A stretch of DNA of 64,000 nucleotides, from positions 5,952,001 to 6,016,000 of the forward strand of contig CAKKNE010000002.1 in assembly GCA_918797485.1 (NCBI GenBank). Direction: 5' to 3'. This document shows positions 33,701 through 43,181 of this stretch, piece after piece. Origin of the DNA: Pelagomonas calceolata. Taxonomy: Eukaryota. Each line of letters begins with the position of its first letter. Position 1 is the first letter of the stretch. The position numbers were made by a program, and so were the translations under genes. The notes beneath the pieces are model-generated. The model did no database searches. It saw nothing but the letters and a program-made list of their open reading frames with translations, and had not been told where the DNA came from.

Positions 33701-35548
33701 GCCTCAAGAACACGTCCTGGATCTCGGCGAACACGAGGGCGGTCTTCTTCGAGGCCGTCGTGTACGCGCCGGCCGACCACTGGGGGTACAACCTCCTGGT
33801 CGAAGTGGCCCTGAACGCCGAATTCTCGCCGACGGGCGCCGTCGTGACGAGCGGCCGCGTGCAGTCGTCGCGCATCTTCCTGTACGACACGTGGCGCGAC
33901 TTCGTGCGCCTCGTGCTCGAAGTCCTCGTCGTGCTCTACGTGTGGTACTTCGAGATGCGGGAGGAGGTCCAGCAGATCACGCTCAAGGCCCTCTCCGGCG
34001 ACGCCGCCCAGTCGGAGATCAAGGCGCTCCGGGAGTGGCGGCGGAACTTCGCCTCCGCGCTGGGCGAGTACTGGAACGCGCACTTTAACTTCCTCGACGT
34101 CATGCGCATCCACGTCTTGTACGTGTGGATCGTGGGCGTCCACGTCTGCGGCGTGTGGTTCACGCACACCATCCCCTGGCGCGACCTCATGTTCGATAGG
34201 GAGCGCGACCCGACCGCGTACGTCAAGGACGCGGCCGACGTGTCGTTCGCGCTCCAGCTCGCGCGGGTGCGCATGATGTTCGTGGCGCTGTACGTGGCGC
34301 TGTGCTTCCTGAAGCTGCTCAACATCATGAGGGTCCAGGACGACCTCTTCGTGATCATCATCATCGAGATGTTCAAGAAGGTCATCTCCTTCCTGATCGT
34401 CGTGCTCATCATCGTGAGCGGCTTCGCGTTCTTCGCGTTCTTCTCGCGCATCGGCGGGTCCCAGGCTGTGTGGAAATCAAATTTTACGGCGCGTTCGTGC
34501 TGAATCGTCGCGTCGTCCTCCACGCCATCGACGCGACGCCTGCTCGATGGCGTGGCGGTGTGAATTCCTCGCCGCCCGACCGAGCCAGGACGGCCGCGTC
34601 ATCGCCGAGAAATGACTTAGTGAAGAATTGTCGGGTGCACCCGACACACTGGTTGATTTCCACACAGGTCCCAGGCGGCCATGGGGGGCACGCCCGACAA
34701 GATCGGCGGCGGCGACGTCTTCTGGCACACGCTGTTCCAGCAGTTCGCGCAGCTCAACGGCGACTTCGACTTCGCGGAGAGCTGGCACCTGTGTGGAAAT
34801 CAACCAGTGTGTCGGGTGCACCCGACAATTCTTCACTAAGTCATTTCTCGGCGATGACGCGGCCGTCCTGGCTCGGTCGGGCGGCGAGGAATTCACACCG
34901 CCACGCCGTCGAGCAGGCGTCGCGTTGATGGCGTGGAGGACGACGCGACGATTCGGCACGAACGCGCCGTAAAATTTTGATTTCCACACAGGCTGGCACA
35001 CGGCGCAGCTCGCCGGCGTCGCCTGGACGCTCTTCGCGCTGATCGTCCTGCCCATACTGCTCATGAATCTGCTGATCGCGATCATGAGCGAGGCCTACGA
35101 GGAGGTCAAGGCCCACGCCGCGGCGCGGTTCTGTCACCTCCAGCTCGACACGCACTCCGACGAGTACGCGCGGAAGCGGCGGCAGCGGCTCGGCAGCGGG
35201 ACCGGGAAAGGATACACGTGGGAATTCCTCACGCAGTGGATGGTGCTCATATTCGCGAGCGTCTTCTTTCCGTTTTTGGCGCTCTACGACCTGTATTGCA
35301 GGGCGTGCGCCAGCCTCCGGGCCCTCTACAAGTACACGGAGGGCTTTTTCGAGATCGAGGAGGAGTTTGCGGGGACCGAGACCCTCGCGCGGCGCCAGGC
35401 GCGGCGATGCTTCTACGCGTGCTTCGCCAGGACGCGCGCGTCGGGCGCGAAGGTCGTCCCCACCACGCCCAAGGGCGGCGCGGCGGCGTTCGACGATGAG
35501 ACGCTGCTCCGCGAGTCGCGGCGGCGCTCCGTAGCTAAAGTGTTGTGA
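24750..35548 (+). CDS. Giant (~3388 aa) multidomain polycystin/TRP-type cation channel; introns 31662-31872, 34458-34667, 34781-34991
   Basis: Three introner excisions join ORFs 24750, 31672 and 35063 in frame. PKD2-like features WWAWAEGPLLDAL, WISANTRAVFFE, pore QLNGDFDF, S6 LLMNLLIAIMSEAY. N-terminal ARM-like, UBA-like, Tudor-like, IQ-like, SAM-like and ankyrin-like segments. Confidence 0.85.
31662..31872 (+). mobile_element. Introner intron 7 (211 bp, GT-AG, full length)
   Basis: Perfect TSD gtcgacgc at 31662-31669 and 31873-31880; perfect TIRs ctgtgtggaaatcaa/ttgatttccacacag. Confidence 0.97.
34458..34667 (+). mobile_element. Introner intron 8 (210 bp, GT-AG, element reversed)
   Basis: Perfect TSD gtcccagg at 34458-34465 and 34668-34675; perfect TIRs. 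Confidence 0.97.
34781..34991 (+). mobile_element. Introner intron 9 (211 bp, GC-AG, full length)
   Basis: Perfect TSD gctggcac at 34781-34788 and 34992-34999; perfect TIRs. Confidence 0.97.
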
Positions 35549-35577
35549 TAATCGATTGAGTTAAACATTACTATTAT

Positions 35578-38500
35578 TCAGTGGTCGAAGCCGGGGACCT
35601 TGGACGTGTGGTCGAAGCCCGGGATCTTCCGGAGCCGCCCCTTGCCCCGGCGCCGCTCGGCCTTTCGTCGCGCTCGTTCCTTTTCGAGCTTCTTCATCTC
35701 CCCGTAGGTCATGGGCGCCTTCTTCTTCTTCTTCTTCTTGATCGGCGTCACCGCCGCCACGCCCCGCTCGATCTGGTGCTCGATCTTGTGCGCGGCCGTC
35801 GCCGCGGCGGCCTCGACCTCGTGCTCCTTCTTCGACAGCCACGAGAAGAAGCCGCCCCCGCCCTTCTTCTTCTTGGGCTTCTGCTTCGGCGAGCGCCCGC
35901 GCGCGGACCCGCGCGAGCCGAACCAGCTCCGGCGCGACGGGGACCGCGACCGGTCGAGCAGCAGGTAGGTGCGCGGCACGTAGCCACACTCGTCATTGCC
36001 CCTCGTCGCGAAGATCCAGCCCGGCGCGTCGGAGAGCTCGCTCTTCAGGACGACGACGGCCGCGCCGGCCTCGAGGCTCATCTCCGTGCTCTCCTCGGGG
36101 ACGTGACCGCGCCGCGCCACGATTTTGCAGAGGTCGCTCCGGGACCCGGGCTTCGCGTCGGGCTCGTGCGTCCTGCGCTGCCGCCAGTGCGCCGCGCTCT
36201 CCTTGCGCGACGCCTTCTTCGGCGACGGCGACCGCGACGACCGCGACCCGAGCGACCACCGCGACGTGCGCGCGCCGTCCTCCGAGATTTCTGATGACTG
36301 CGACCACGCCGACCCCGGGCGGTCCTCCTCCGCCGAGCGCTCGTCCTCGGCGTCCTGGGCCTTCCGCGCCGCCTCGGCCTCCGCGAGCTCCCTCTTGTAC
36401 ACGTCCACCCTCGATAGGCAGTGCTTGACGTAGTGCTCCTGGTCCCTCCGTCGTTTCTCCGCCGCCTCCCACGCGCGCCGCTCCGCGTCCCAGACCCGCT
36501 GCACCGCCCGCCGCGCGTCCGCGGCCCGCCGGTTGATCTCGTAGTCGTGGAGCCACGTGTCGTCGTCGCGTCTTATGGCGATCCGCTTCGTGTAGTGCAG
36601 CGGCGCCTGGCGCTGCGAGACGGGCGCCCGGACCGGCATCGGAGTCGTCGCGTCCTCGTAGGAATGCGCGCCGGGCCTGAACTTCCCTCGCATGCGCCGC
36701 TCCGCCCGCGACATCTCCGTGTCCCGCTCGTACGTGCGCGAGAGGCGCTGCTGCTCCGCGCTGTCCCGCCAGGGCCCCTCCAGGAAGGCCTCCTGGACCT
36801 CGGTCACCGTGCCCGCGCGCACCTCCGCCATCCGCCGCTCGCGCTCCTCCTTGAGGACGATGATGCGCGCCTCCATCTGGGCCTCGAAGTCCGCCTCCTC
36901 GCGCGCCGACGCCGCGTCGAGCTGCGCCTGGCCCTCGAGCGCCTCGCCGAGCTGGGCCTGGCGCTGGGCCTCGATGATGGCGCGTTGTTTGTCGGCCTGC
37001 TTCTGGAGGTAGGCCTTGCGGGCGGCCGGGTCCATGGTGATCTTCTTGGGCGGCGCCTTCTTTTTGATTTTGAACTCGTAGAAGTTCTCGTGGTGGTCGC
37101 TCTTCGACCCTTCGTCCAGGGTAAGCGCCTTGAGGAGGTGGTGCCGCCGGTGGGAGTTGCGCAGCGTCAGGGTCGTCGACTGCTTCGCTTTGGACGGGCT
37201 GAGCTGCAGCTGGAGGTTCGTCGCCGTCGACTCGCGGGAGACGGGCCGCGAGAGCGTCCGGCCGCGGTCGCGGAACGTGGCCAGCGCTTGCGTGGGCGTC
37301 GGCGACGGCGGCCGCGCGCGTCGCTCCGCATCCGTCACGTCGTACCTCTTCAAATCCAGGTGCTCGTCCCGCGCGAAGTGGTGGATCAGCGGCTTGTGGT
37401 CGTCTAGGACGAAAGGGACGTCCGCGAGGTCTACCTCTCGCTCCGTATTCGAGAGGTCGAAGTGCAGGTGGTACTTGGTCGCGGCCCGCAGAGCCGCGCG
37501 AGCCTCCTTCCGCAGCGCCTCGGCCGCGTCGCGGTAGCCCTCCCACTCCTCGTTGGTCGCGAAGCGCTCGCCTTCCCGCGAGCGCAAACACCGCCGCTCG
37601 GCCTCCTCCAGGGCCCGTTCCAGAGATTTGGTGGGCCTTCCCACCACGGTGGCGTGCTCGCCGATAGACGACAACCGAAAGGAGGGCAGTCGTAGCCGGC
37701 AGCCCTTTTTCAACTCGTCCACGAAGGCCGCCCGCCGGTTGTCGTGGTAGATCGCGTCTCGTTCGTGAATTTTCCGATCTACGACGACGTACGCACCGTC
37801 CTCGTCCTTCTCCTTGACCTCCTCGGTCCACCGATACGTGCCCAGTCCCTTCGCGTCGTCGCGCGAAAACGTGCCCTCCCACGACGAGCCGTCGTCGAAG
37901 AACCACGTCCCCCGGCCGTGGCGCCGGCCGCGCACGTAGTCGCCCTCGTACACGGTGTTCCCGTTGTTCGCGCGGAACTCGCCCCGGCCGTGCGCGTGCC
38001 AGTCGACGAACGGTCGCAGGGCCTTGAGCATCTGCCGCTCCTTGCCCACGCGCTTCTTCACGAAGAGCGTCATCTCCGCCCGTTGCTCGTCCGACAGGGA
38101 ATTGAGCGTCGCGCCGAGGTCGCACTTCTCCACGAGGAACAGCTGCTTCGCGTCGTCCTCGAGCTGCTGCGGGTCCTTCCCCTGGTACTCGTAGTCCCCG
38201 AAGTACTGGCCGCCCGTGGTTTGCTTCACCAGGTGGTGGAACGTCGGCTTGTGCTTATCGTATTGGTCGACGTCGAAGTAGGTCTTCGTCTTGCGTTCGT
38301 TCTCCTCGACCTCTCGGACCAGCGCCTCCTGCCGTTCGATTTCGAGCTGTTTCTGCCGCTCCTCCTCTCGAACGCGTGCTTCCTCCTCCCGCCGCAGGGC
38401 GAGCTGGCGCGCCTCCTCCGCCTCGCGCTGGGCCGCCCTCACGCGGAGCGCCTCCTTCTCCTGGACGGCGCGCTTCTGGGCGCGCTCCCGCCGCAGGAGG

Positions 38501-38604
38501 TCGGCGATGGACATTTCCTTCTTCTCGGGCATGTGTCCCTCTTCGGAGTCGAGGGCCCTCATGACCAGCCCATGGGCGCCCGAAGGGAGTTGGTAGCCCG
38601 GCAT
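35578..38604 (-). CDS. Coiled-coil protein with MORN repeats and C-terminal SH3 domain
   Basis: MORN: YEGDYVRGRRHGRGTWFFDDGSSWEGTF. SH3-like: EMSLEAGAAVVVL...GWIFATRGNDECGYVPRTYL. First ATG 38604. Confidence 0.85.
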   Translation of the reverse strand: MPGYQLPSGAHGLVMRALDSEEGHMPEKKEMSIADLLRRERAQKRAVQEKEALRVRAAQREAEEARQLALRREEEARVREEERQKQLEIERQEALVREVEENERKTKTYFDVDQYDKHKPTFHHLVKQTTGGQYFGDYEYQGKDPQQLEDDAKQLFLVEKCDLGATLNSLSDEQRAEMTLFVKKRVGKERQMLKALRPFVDWHAHGRGEFRANNGNTVYEGDYVRGRRHGRGTWFFDDGSSWEGTFSRDDAKGLGTYRWTEEVKEKDEDGAYVVVDRKIHERDAIYHDNRRAAFVDELKKGCRLRLPSFRLSSIGEHATVVGRPTKSLERALEEAERRCLRSREGERFATNEEWEGYRDAAEALRKEARAALRAATKYHLHFDLSNTEREVDLADVPFVLDDHKPLIHHFARDEHLDLKRYDVTDAERRARPPSPTPTQALATFRDRGRTLSRPVSRESTATNLQLQLSPSKAKQSTTLTLRNSHRRHHLLKALTLDEGSKSDHHENFYEFKIKKKAPPKKITMDPAARKAYLQKQADKQRAIIEAQRQAQLGEALEGQAQLDAASAREEADFEAQMEARIIVLKEERERRMAEVRAGTVTEVQEAFLEGPWRDSAEQQRLSRTYERDTEMSRAERRMRGKFRPGAHSYEDATTPMPVRAPVSQRQAPLHYTKRIAIRRDDDTWLHDYEINRRAADARRAVQRVWDAERRAWEAAEKRRRDQEHYVKHCLSRVDVYKRELAEAEAARKAQDAEDERSAEEDRPGSAWSQSSEISEDGARTSRWSLGSRSSRSPSPKKASRKESAAHWRQRRTHEPDAKPGSRSDLCKIVARRGHVPEESTEMSLEAGAAVVVLKSELSDAPGWIFATRGNDECGYVPRTYLLLDRSRSPSRRSWFGSRGSARGRSPKQKPKKKKGGGGFFSWLSKKEHEVEAAAATAAHKIEHQIERGVAAVTPIKKKKKKKAPMTYGEMKKLEKERARRKAERRRGKGRLRKIPGFDHTSKVPGFDH

Positions 38605-38763
38605 CTTTGGTACTCGGCGCGCGAGGCAGCCCCAACGCACTCTTGGGCTAGCAGATCATCACGCGTGCTCTCGCGTTGCAACGCGGCAGCCGCAAATCTA
38701 GTGCTCTCGCGTTGCAACGCGGCTCTGCAGAGGCGCTCGTCGACGGCGCTACCCGGTGCCTGG

Positions 38764-38784
38764 CTAGTGTCTTACGCCGCTAGC
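38764..38784 (-). promoter_or_regulatory. Intergenic motif variant
   Basis: ctagtgtcttacgccgctagc, 160 bp before ATG 38604. Confidence 0.7.
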
Positions 38785-38949
38785 TCGGCACTCCTGGCTT
38801 TTGCGTCTTCATCGTTTCGACGCGGTTGAGGCGTGGGCTTCAGGGGGCGGAGACCACCCTCGTTCGGAGGCGTCACTGTCCTGGCGGCGCGAGCCTGGGG
38901 AAGTCAGGACAAGTTTTTTATCAATCTCCGACACAAGCCACCAGCTGCT

Positions 38950-39279
38950 ATGTCGATCGCCTGGCGCGCGATTCTCGTCGCGGGTCTCGCCGCCGGCGAG
39001 GAGGCGACGCTCGCGTCGTTGACGGGCCTCTTCCAGCGCGAGCCCGAGCGCGCGGCGGCCCTCGTCGCCACGGCGCGGACGCGCGCGATCAACCAGTCGC
39101 GCCACAGTGAGGGGCACGAGACGTACTTCCGGCAGCGGCGGCGCGTCGAGGCGGCCGTCGGAGACTACCGCTTCTACGTGCACACGGGCGGCGCGTTCGA
39201 CGCGATCACGACGGCCCTCTTCGCGGACGCCAATCGCAATGTGTTAGATCGCGCTGTGCCGCGAGGGACAGATAAGTGA
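38950..39279 (+). pseudogene. N-terminal fragment of a secreted protein (possibly exostosin/GT47-like)
   Basis: Signal peptide MSIAWRAILVAGLAAG; YRFYVH resembles GT47 starts. Runs into the convergent fragment near 39240. Confidence 0.4.
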
Positions 39280-39643
39280 CGCCCTCGAAGCCACTCGCGA
39301 GCGCTTCGTACTCATCGTCGGGCGTGATGGCGTCGCCTACCACTATTAAACACCAGCCGGGCGCCGCCGCGACCGAGCGGATGGCATCCGTCGGCGCGTT
39401 GATTGTCGTCACGACGGCGGCCTTGCGGCAACGCCGCGGCGCTTCGGGGAGCGGACGCGCGGCCGTGGCCGTGGCCGGCGCCTGGTACGTGCGACTCAGC
39501 GGCCGCCAGAGCTGACCACTCGTCGCCGCGCTCGCTTCGCCGAGTTCACGTACGGCGTTCCCACCGGCGGCGGCGGCCGTGCGGACGGCGGCGAGCGCGA
39601 GAAGCGCCGCCGCCGTCGTCCCGTGTACCGCGCGCCAGCGCAT
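39206..39643 (-). pseudogene. N-terminal fragment of a STELLO-like (DUF288) glycosyltransferase
   Basis: Signal anchor then AVVTTINAPTDAI...PGWCLIVVGDAITPDD...TYLSLAAQRDL; ends long before a full domain. Confidence 0.7.
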
Positions 39644-39779
39644 CGCGAGTGCGGCGTTCCGGGGGCGCTTTTTTTGGTGGGACGCGTCCGACCGCCCACG
39701 CATGCATAGGAAAAAGCGCTAGACGCAACACGGGGCCTCAGCTGGCGGGAGGACGCACCGACGATCACACAAACAACAC

Positions 39780-40343
39780 TTAAACACCGTCATGCCGATA
39801 CTTGCACGCCCTCCCCCACGTACACTTCCCCTTCAGGTGCGCGCGGCACACGAGCGTCGACGGCGGCGGCCGCGCGCGCGGCACGATCGTGTGGTCCACC
39901 GTCCACCCCTCCGGCAGATGGGAAGGCCGCAGACTGTCCACGAAGCACCGGCGCCATTCTTTTTCGAAGGCGAGGATTCTCGCCGCGAGGTCGCCGTTCG
40001 CCTCGGACGTAATTCGCCGCAGGCACCGCGCTTCCAGGGAATCGTCGTCGACCGACACTTTCGAGCGGACCTTCGGCGGCGGTCGTTCCGCAGCGACGGC
40101 CTCGATCGCCCGGCCCGGATACGCCGAAGCGACGATCGCCCTCAAATACTCGCGCCGCTCCGCCGGGATCCGTCCCTGGTCGCGGACGAGCGTCTTCGCG
40201 GCCCCAAGCGCCCGCAGCCGCGAGGCCGCCTCCTGATCTACTGCCGGCGCCGGCGCCGGCCCGAGCGCCGCTTCAAGGGAGCGGCTCCTCGCACGATAGA
40301 CCGGCTCGACGACGTCCCTGCATCTTAGACACAAACCCGTCAC
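39780..40343 (-). pseudogene. 5'-truncated EXD2 C-terminal-like region plus CCCH zinc finger
   Basis: LCLRC...FEKEWRRCFVDSLRPSHLPEGWTVDH resembles the EXD2 C-terminus; CRAHLKGKCTWGRACKYRH is C-x7-C-x5-C-x3-H. No ATG; starts 14 bp after the upstream stop. Confidence 0.65.
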
Positions 40344-40356
40344 TACTAAGTTCTAA

Positions 40357-42561
40357 TTACCGTCCCCCTTGCGGCAGCAGCTTCTCCAGGTGCGGCGCGA
40401 GGGCCTCGTAGAAGTCGACGACGCCCGCGTTCGCGATGCTCCCCCGGTTCGCGACGGGCCGCCCGCGCAGCAGGTTCATGCAGGCCATCTCGACCTTCTT
40501 CCCGTTGTTCGTCCGCGGCACGTCCGGCACGCGGCACACGATCGCGGGCACGTGCCGCGGCGAGCCCCGCTCCCGGATGGTCGTCTTCAGGGCCTTCGCG
40601 AAGGCGTCGTCGCACCGGCACAGCTCGACGAGCGCGTCCGCGTCGCCCGCGGCCGCCGCCGCCGTCAGCGCGTCGCGCGCGGCGGCGTCCGCGACTTGCA
40701 CGAAGAGCACGACGCGGACGTCGTCGATCTCCGTGTCGCCGTCCCGGGCGACGAAGGGCTGCGCCGAGACGAGCGCATCACTAAAATCCGGCGACGCGTC
40801 GAGCAGGGGCTCGATCGCGTTGTAGATCTCGGCCGTGCCGATGCGCACGCCGCCGGGGTTGAGCGTGGCGTCGCTCCGGCCGTGGATGATCAAACCGCCG
40901 TTTTCTGTAGGCTCGACCCAGTCCCCGTGCTGCCACGCGCGGCCGCCGCCGAAGGCGTCGTCGAAGTACGCCGCGCGGTACTTCGAGCCCTCTCTATCAT
41001 CACCGAGGAAGGCCAGCGGCGCGCAGGGGAAGGCGCTCCGGCAGGCCAGCTCGCCCTGCTCGCCCGCGGCGACCTCGCCGTCGCCCGCCTCATCCAGAAC
41101 GGCGACGTCGAGCCCGAGGCCGGCCGACTGGAGCTCCGCCTCGAAGACCGGCAGCCAGGGGTTGCCGCCGTGGAAGGACCCGTTGAGGTCCGTGCCGCCC
41201 GACGTCGAGTGGAGCCCCACGCCGGGCTTTTGGGAGGCGAGCCACGCGTACGCCGACGGCGGGCACGGCGACCCCGTCGAGCCGACGCGCTTCAGCGCCG
41301 CCAAGGGAGGCAGTGTCAAATTCTCCGCGGCGCAGGCGCCGAGGTAGCGCGCCGAGCCCCCTAATAAAACACTGTCTGATGATTGCGCGACGTCCCAGAG
41401 ATAGCCCACTGTATTTTTGCCCCGGGCGGGGCAGAACGTCGCGTCGCCATCATACAGCACGGCGGCGCCGCCCGTCGTCAGCGCCGCTCCTAATAACCAG
41501 TTCCACATCATCCACCCGGTCGTCGTGTACCACAGGCTCCGCTCGCCCTCCCTTAAGTCCCAGTGGAGCGAGCCCTCCTTGGCGTGGTTCAGCGCCACGC
41601 CCGGGCCCTGCACGATGCACTTGGGCTTTCCGGTAGTGCCGCTGCTGAACATAACATACGCGGGCCGGTCAAAGCCGCCCCTATCATACAAACACGGCGC
41701 GCCCGGCGCGCCGTAGTCCCGCGCCGCGACGGCGGGGAAGGGCAGTTTTACTGAAGAATCCATGGCCGCGTCGCCCGCGAACCCGTAGGGGAGGACGACG
41801 GCCCGCGCCGTCGTCTTCAGCGCGTCTCCTATCCCCGTGAAGTTTGATATTTTGTCCACCACATCAAATTCCCTCCCCCGATAGGAGTAGGCATCACTCA
41901 CAAACAGGACCTTGGGCTCCACCTGCGCCAGGCGGTCGAGGCAGCCCCGTTCCCCGAAGTCGGGCGACACCGACGACCACGCCGCGCCGAGCGACGTCGC
42001 GGCGAGCATCGCCGCGGCCGCGCCGGCGTCGTTCGCGACGACGCCGGCGACGCGGTCGCCCGGCCCGACGCCGTCCGCCGCCAGGCCCGCGCGGAGCCGC
42101 CCGACTTCCTCCCGGAGCGCGCCGTACGTCGTCTCGACCGGCGCCGCCGACCGCTCCGTGTACGACAGCAGGGCCAGGTTCTCGTCCGGCTTGTGCGGCC
42201 CCTCGAGCAGGAGCTCGGCGTGGTTGACGGCCGCGTCGGGGAACCAGTCGACCGCGCCGGGCGGGCCGGAATCGCGCCACGGCACCGCGCCGCGCGCGTC
42301 CCGCTCCCGGGGCCCGAGCGACCCCGGCAGGCGCACCGCATCAAAGACCGCCCGCCAGAACTGCCGCGGCTCGCTCACGCTCCGCGCGTGCAGCCGCTCG
42401 TAGTGCCGCCGGTCGTAGCCGCGCGGCCCGGCGCAGCCGATGAGCTTGTCGGAGAAGGCCGCCAGCCGGCTCGTGTTGACGTCGGCGAGCTGGGGCTTGA
42501 ACGACGGCGCCTTCGTGCCCAGCGCGCGAGCGGCGCCGCGGGAGAGGGCTCTCCGAGCCAT
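40357..42561 (-). CDS. AACS: Acetoacetyl-CoA synthetase (AMP-forming), probable mitochondrial presequence
   Basis: YVMFSSGTTGKPKCIV, YTTTGWMMWNWL, STSGGTD, WQHGD, GRSDATLNPGGVRIGTAEIY, GKKVE. Confidence 0.95.
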   Translation of the reverse strand: MARRALSRGAARALGTKAPSFKPQLADVNTSRLAAFSDKLIGCAGPRGYDRRHYERLHARSVSEPRQFWRAVFDAVRLPGSLGPRERDARGAVPWRDSGPPGAVDWFPDAAVNHAELLLEGPHKPDENLALLSYTERSAAPVETTYGALREEVGRLRAGLAADGVGPGDRVAGVVANDAGAAAAMLAATSLGAAWSSVSPDFGERGCLDRLAQVEPKVLFVSDAYSYRGREFDVVDKISNFTGIGDALKTTARAVVLPYGFAGDAAMDSSVKLPFPAVAARDYGAPGAPCLYDRGGFDRPAYVMFSSGTTGKPKCIVQGPGVALNHAKEGSLHWDLREGERSLWYTTTGWMMWNWLLGAALTTGGAAVLYDGDATFCPARGKNTVGYLWDVAQSSDSVLLGGSARYLGACAAENLTLPPLAALKRVGSTGSPCPPSAYAWLASQKPGVGLHSTSGGTDLNGSFHGGNPWLPVFEAELQSAGLGLDVAVLDEAGDGEVAAGEQGELACRSAFPCAPLAFLGDDREGSKYRAAYFDDAFGGGRAWQHGDWVEPTENGGLIIHGRSDATLNPGGVRIGTAEIYNAIEPLLDASPDFSDALVSAQPFVARDGDTEIDDVRVVLFVQVADAAARDALTAAAAAGDADALVELCRCDDAFAKALKTTIRERGSPRHVPAIVCRVPDVPRTNNGKKVEMACMNLLRGRPVANRGSIANAGVVDFYEALAPHLEKLLPQGGR

Positions 42562-43181
42562 TTTGTGCCAGCGGTGCACCGCAGCGCCGGAACGCAGCGA
42601 GTTGTGTAAATGGACGTAGTCAAAATGTAGTCGTGCACGCACGAACAGCCGATGACGACGGCTGGACGATTGCGCCGTATGCAGGCGTGTATCACCTTGC
42701 GATGGCGTCGAGCTTTGCCCACGAAAAATCGGATCGCTCCTTCTCCTAGCTGTCCGCGAGGGAGCTTTCATATAGCTGACAAGGAAGCATACGATTTATT
42801 TCGTGCGGGTCGGCCTGCTCCTCAGCTGGGCGAGTCGCCGCTGCGCCTCTAGCGCGACACTGAGCACCCCCCATAATATTTCTCTCGGCTGGAAAGGACC
42901 AGCCTCTTCGGCGCTGCGCGCTCTGGAAGCGACGCTGCGTAATTTGACTCAGCTGACACAAAAGGAGGGAAAAGGCAGTTTCAGCAAAGGACGCCCTAAA
43001 CGCCGCGCGGGGCCGCCCGCCGCGTAACGCGCAGCTCACAGCTCGTGTCGCGCGGCGTCCCAAAAAATCCTAGCGATTGAGGCGGACCCCCCGCGCGCGC
43101 GCCGGGGCGAGAGGGGCGTCCGCGCGTAGCACGCCTTTTTCCCCCCTGTAGGCTCCGGGAGCGGCGCCGCCTGCCTCCAAA

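Noticed and set aside
41340..41910. AT-richer patch inside AACS as an intron or insertion
   Set aside because: The frame is open and conserved motifs (SSGTTGKPK, GWMMWNW) lie within it.
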